Assembly (NCBI RefSeq): GCF_041146345.1
Contig: NW_027191402.1
Span: forward strand, 930,001-994,000
Length of the DNA: 64,000 bases
Direction: 5' to 3'
Origin: Neodothiora populina
Lineage: Eukaryota
This document shows positions 61,914 through 64,000 of this stretch, piece after piece. The stretch's first letter is position 1. Every line of letters begins with the position of its first letter. The position numbers and the translations under genes were made by a program. Under the pieces are notes generated by a model, which was not told where the DNA came from, ran no database searches, and saw only the letters and a program-made list of their open reading frames with translations.

Positions 61914-64000
61914 TGTTTGATTGATAGATTTTGAATGGGAAAGGTCAGCTCTGGAGCTCTGGAGGAGCGGTATCTTATAATTTTCCTTGGGACATAGCCG
62001 ACCAGGTCATTGGCGGACTGCCGCGCTTCTAGGCGATGCTGGAGGGTCTAAACTCCGCATCATGGGATCACTATCACAGACCCTTGAAGGATCGACTATG
62101 TGTTAGCGGGGTTAGTTGAAGTTGCCGTGCGCCCGACAACACCAGTTGGCTAACACTTTACGTCGGCAAAGTAGAAGATACACTTGCCCTAGCTAAATTG
62201 GCTTACGATGCATGTCTTGGTCCACCGATACCAACGCCTTTATAATAAACATGTCTCTGTCCGAGACGACGTGCATCTCAACATTCTGCAACATGGTTTA
62301 GCAGATCCCTCGCAAACCTCTTGATTGTCTCGCATTTGCATATGCAATGTCTAAAGCAGCGCACAGACTTCTAGCACTATTTTTGCCCTCAATATAAGTA
62401 AGCCATCACACAGTTGTACAACACTCCGGTCAGGTCACTACTTGGGTTGAGCTCGAAACGCAATGAAAGGCTCGAAAATGAGCCCCTTGGACGACACACA
62501 TGACCTTGTAGCTTCCTAATGCAGTAGGAGTTAATGGCCTTTATTTCCGGGCGGAGCCACGCGCTTCATTATTACTGATGTACAGTCCCCATCGAGGCAA
62601 AATCAAGAGCGAAAAATGGTCACTTGATATTGACTAGAGTCATCCCAAGCGACCCATGTGCCGGTTTCATCCAATCGATTCCAGATCTCGGAGAACAAAG
62701 ATCTGGCATAAAGCGAGGGCAACGTGATCACCACCAAGCTGTGCATCATTTTCCAGAAACAATGCTCCGGTACGTCGCGAAATCTCGTGATATAACAGTC
62801 ACAAGCAGTCAAACTAGACTATGTCGATTTAGTTGTCCTACGAGTATAAAAGAAAAGTGCTAGTGCTACGTTGGTTTGTTTTTTGGACCTCGCGACAATT
62901 AGGCTCTCACATGCTGCCACATCCCAAAGGCCTCCTGGACTTGTTTGTGTGTTTCCGTCCTCGAAGCGATTAGACACCACAAAAAGGCGGTCCTCCCAAA
63001 TTGCCTACGATCGATCACCTTTTCCTCTATTCTGTTCCGCTGCTTTTTCTTGGCCTTCCGCCGCTATAGCAGCTCAAGTCCGCGCAACCCGCGCGCGCCC
63101 AATAGATCCGCATGATCCGCGTTCGATTCGTCCAGGTTTGCTACAACGGCTCCACGAAAATTTGCGGGTGATCGAGGTGCACAGCTGTCTAGCTGGCTCT
63201 GCTGGTTCCAAATTTGTTCGAAAAGAACATAATAAAAACTGACGACCTCATCACTCCACCGTCGAGAAGCGTTGTTGCGGAGTGGAGCGCGCCGCTTCTA
63301 GACTGCTCCACGGGCCAGGCTGCAGCACTGGAGGCGGCTGGAAAGGGCCTCCGGTGTTTTCCCTAAGGTCAATAGGTCCTGGATTGAATTGGTTTTCCTA
63401 TCGGCGTGGCCGCTTGACCTCTTGCCTCTGGTGACTGTTTGGTGTACATCTGGACGTAATCCAAGCGTGGCATCGATTCTGCCCCAGGTCACGGCAAGGC
63501 ACCCGGAATGGAGGGGGTCGACACTGGGGTGATCTGAAATTGTCTGATGTTCTTCTGGCGTGACGCGACGATGAAATTGAAATCAAGACTAACACCACCG
63601 GAAGAAGGGGCAATCGCAAGAGACCTTTTTCTGTCGCTGTACAGTCGCAAATCTCTCTCACAGCAGGACACATATCAGTGATGATACAGTCAGTAGATCA
63701 GCTTCTGTACAGATATCTCGTCGTCATGTTGAGTGTCCTACCATCAGTACGCAAGATTTCGCATGACCGACCAGCCACGACACCATCTCCACAACAAATG
63801 TTCCGGACTCCACTCCACTCATCCCCATGGTTCATGTGAGAGATGTTCCGAGTAGTGCCGAGCTTGCCATGATGCGGTTATCACGACTCGAGGATCGGCA
63901 TATGTAAGATGGCTGTGGGGGATCGGAACTGATGATGCAGCAGTTCGGCATGCATACAACCCTTTGAGTTTTTGCGTTTACTGTTCACTAAGAATTCATT

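Noticed and set aside
62000..64000. Short ORFs at the window end
   Set aside because: No coherent gene model or recognisable domain on either strand.

Overview
A 64-kb gene-dense segment of a filamentous ascomycete (Pezizomycotina) nuclear chromosome, judged from short GT-AG introns with CTRAC/CTRAT branch points and fungal gene families. I can build spliced models for about 16 protein genes: an MFS sugar porter (truncated at the window start), a small Ser-rich protein, a 4E-T/Eap1-like eIF4E-binding protein, a polyQ Zn2Cys6 transcription factor, a CCHC zinc-knuckle protein, SEN54, a divergent histone H4 variant, a HeLo-like/ankyrin-like protein, a PQ-loop protein, TYW1, a DENN protein, an S10 carboxypeptidase, a DHA1 MFS transporter, URA2/pyrABCN, a small hypothetical protein and an F-box protein. 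There are also a kinase with a premature stop, five tRNA genes (Leu-UAG, 2x Gly-UCC, 2x Glu-UUC; three carry introns) and a 187-bp solo LTR with a 5-bp TSD upstream of the tRNA-Leu. The most notable observations are: (1) the CAD-like URA2 lacks the pseudo-dihydroorotase domain; (2) an intron-containing tRNA-Glu gene lies sense-strand inside a spliceosomal intron of the F-box gene; (3) the H4 variant has a remodelled helix-1 region that depends on an unusual splice choice; (4) the transcription factor has a long AUG-less in-frame N-terminal extension behind an in-frame uORF. All calls come from reading the sequence by eye; no searches were run.
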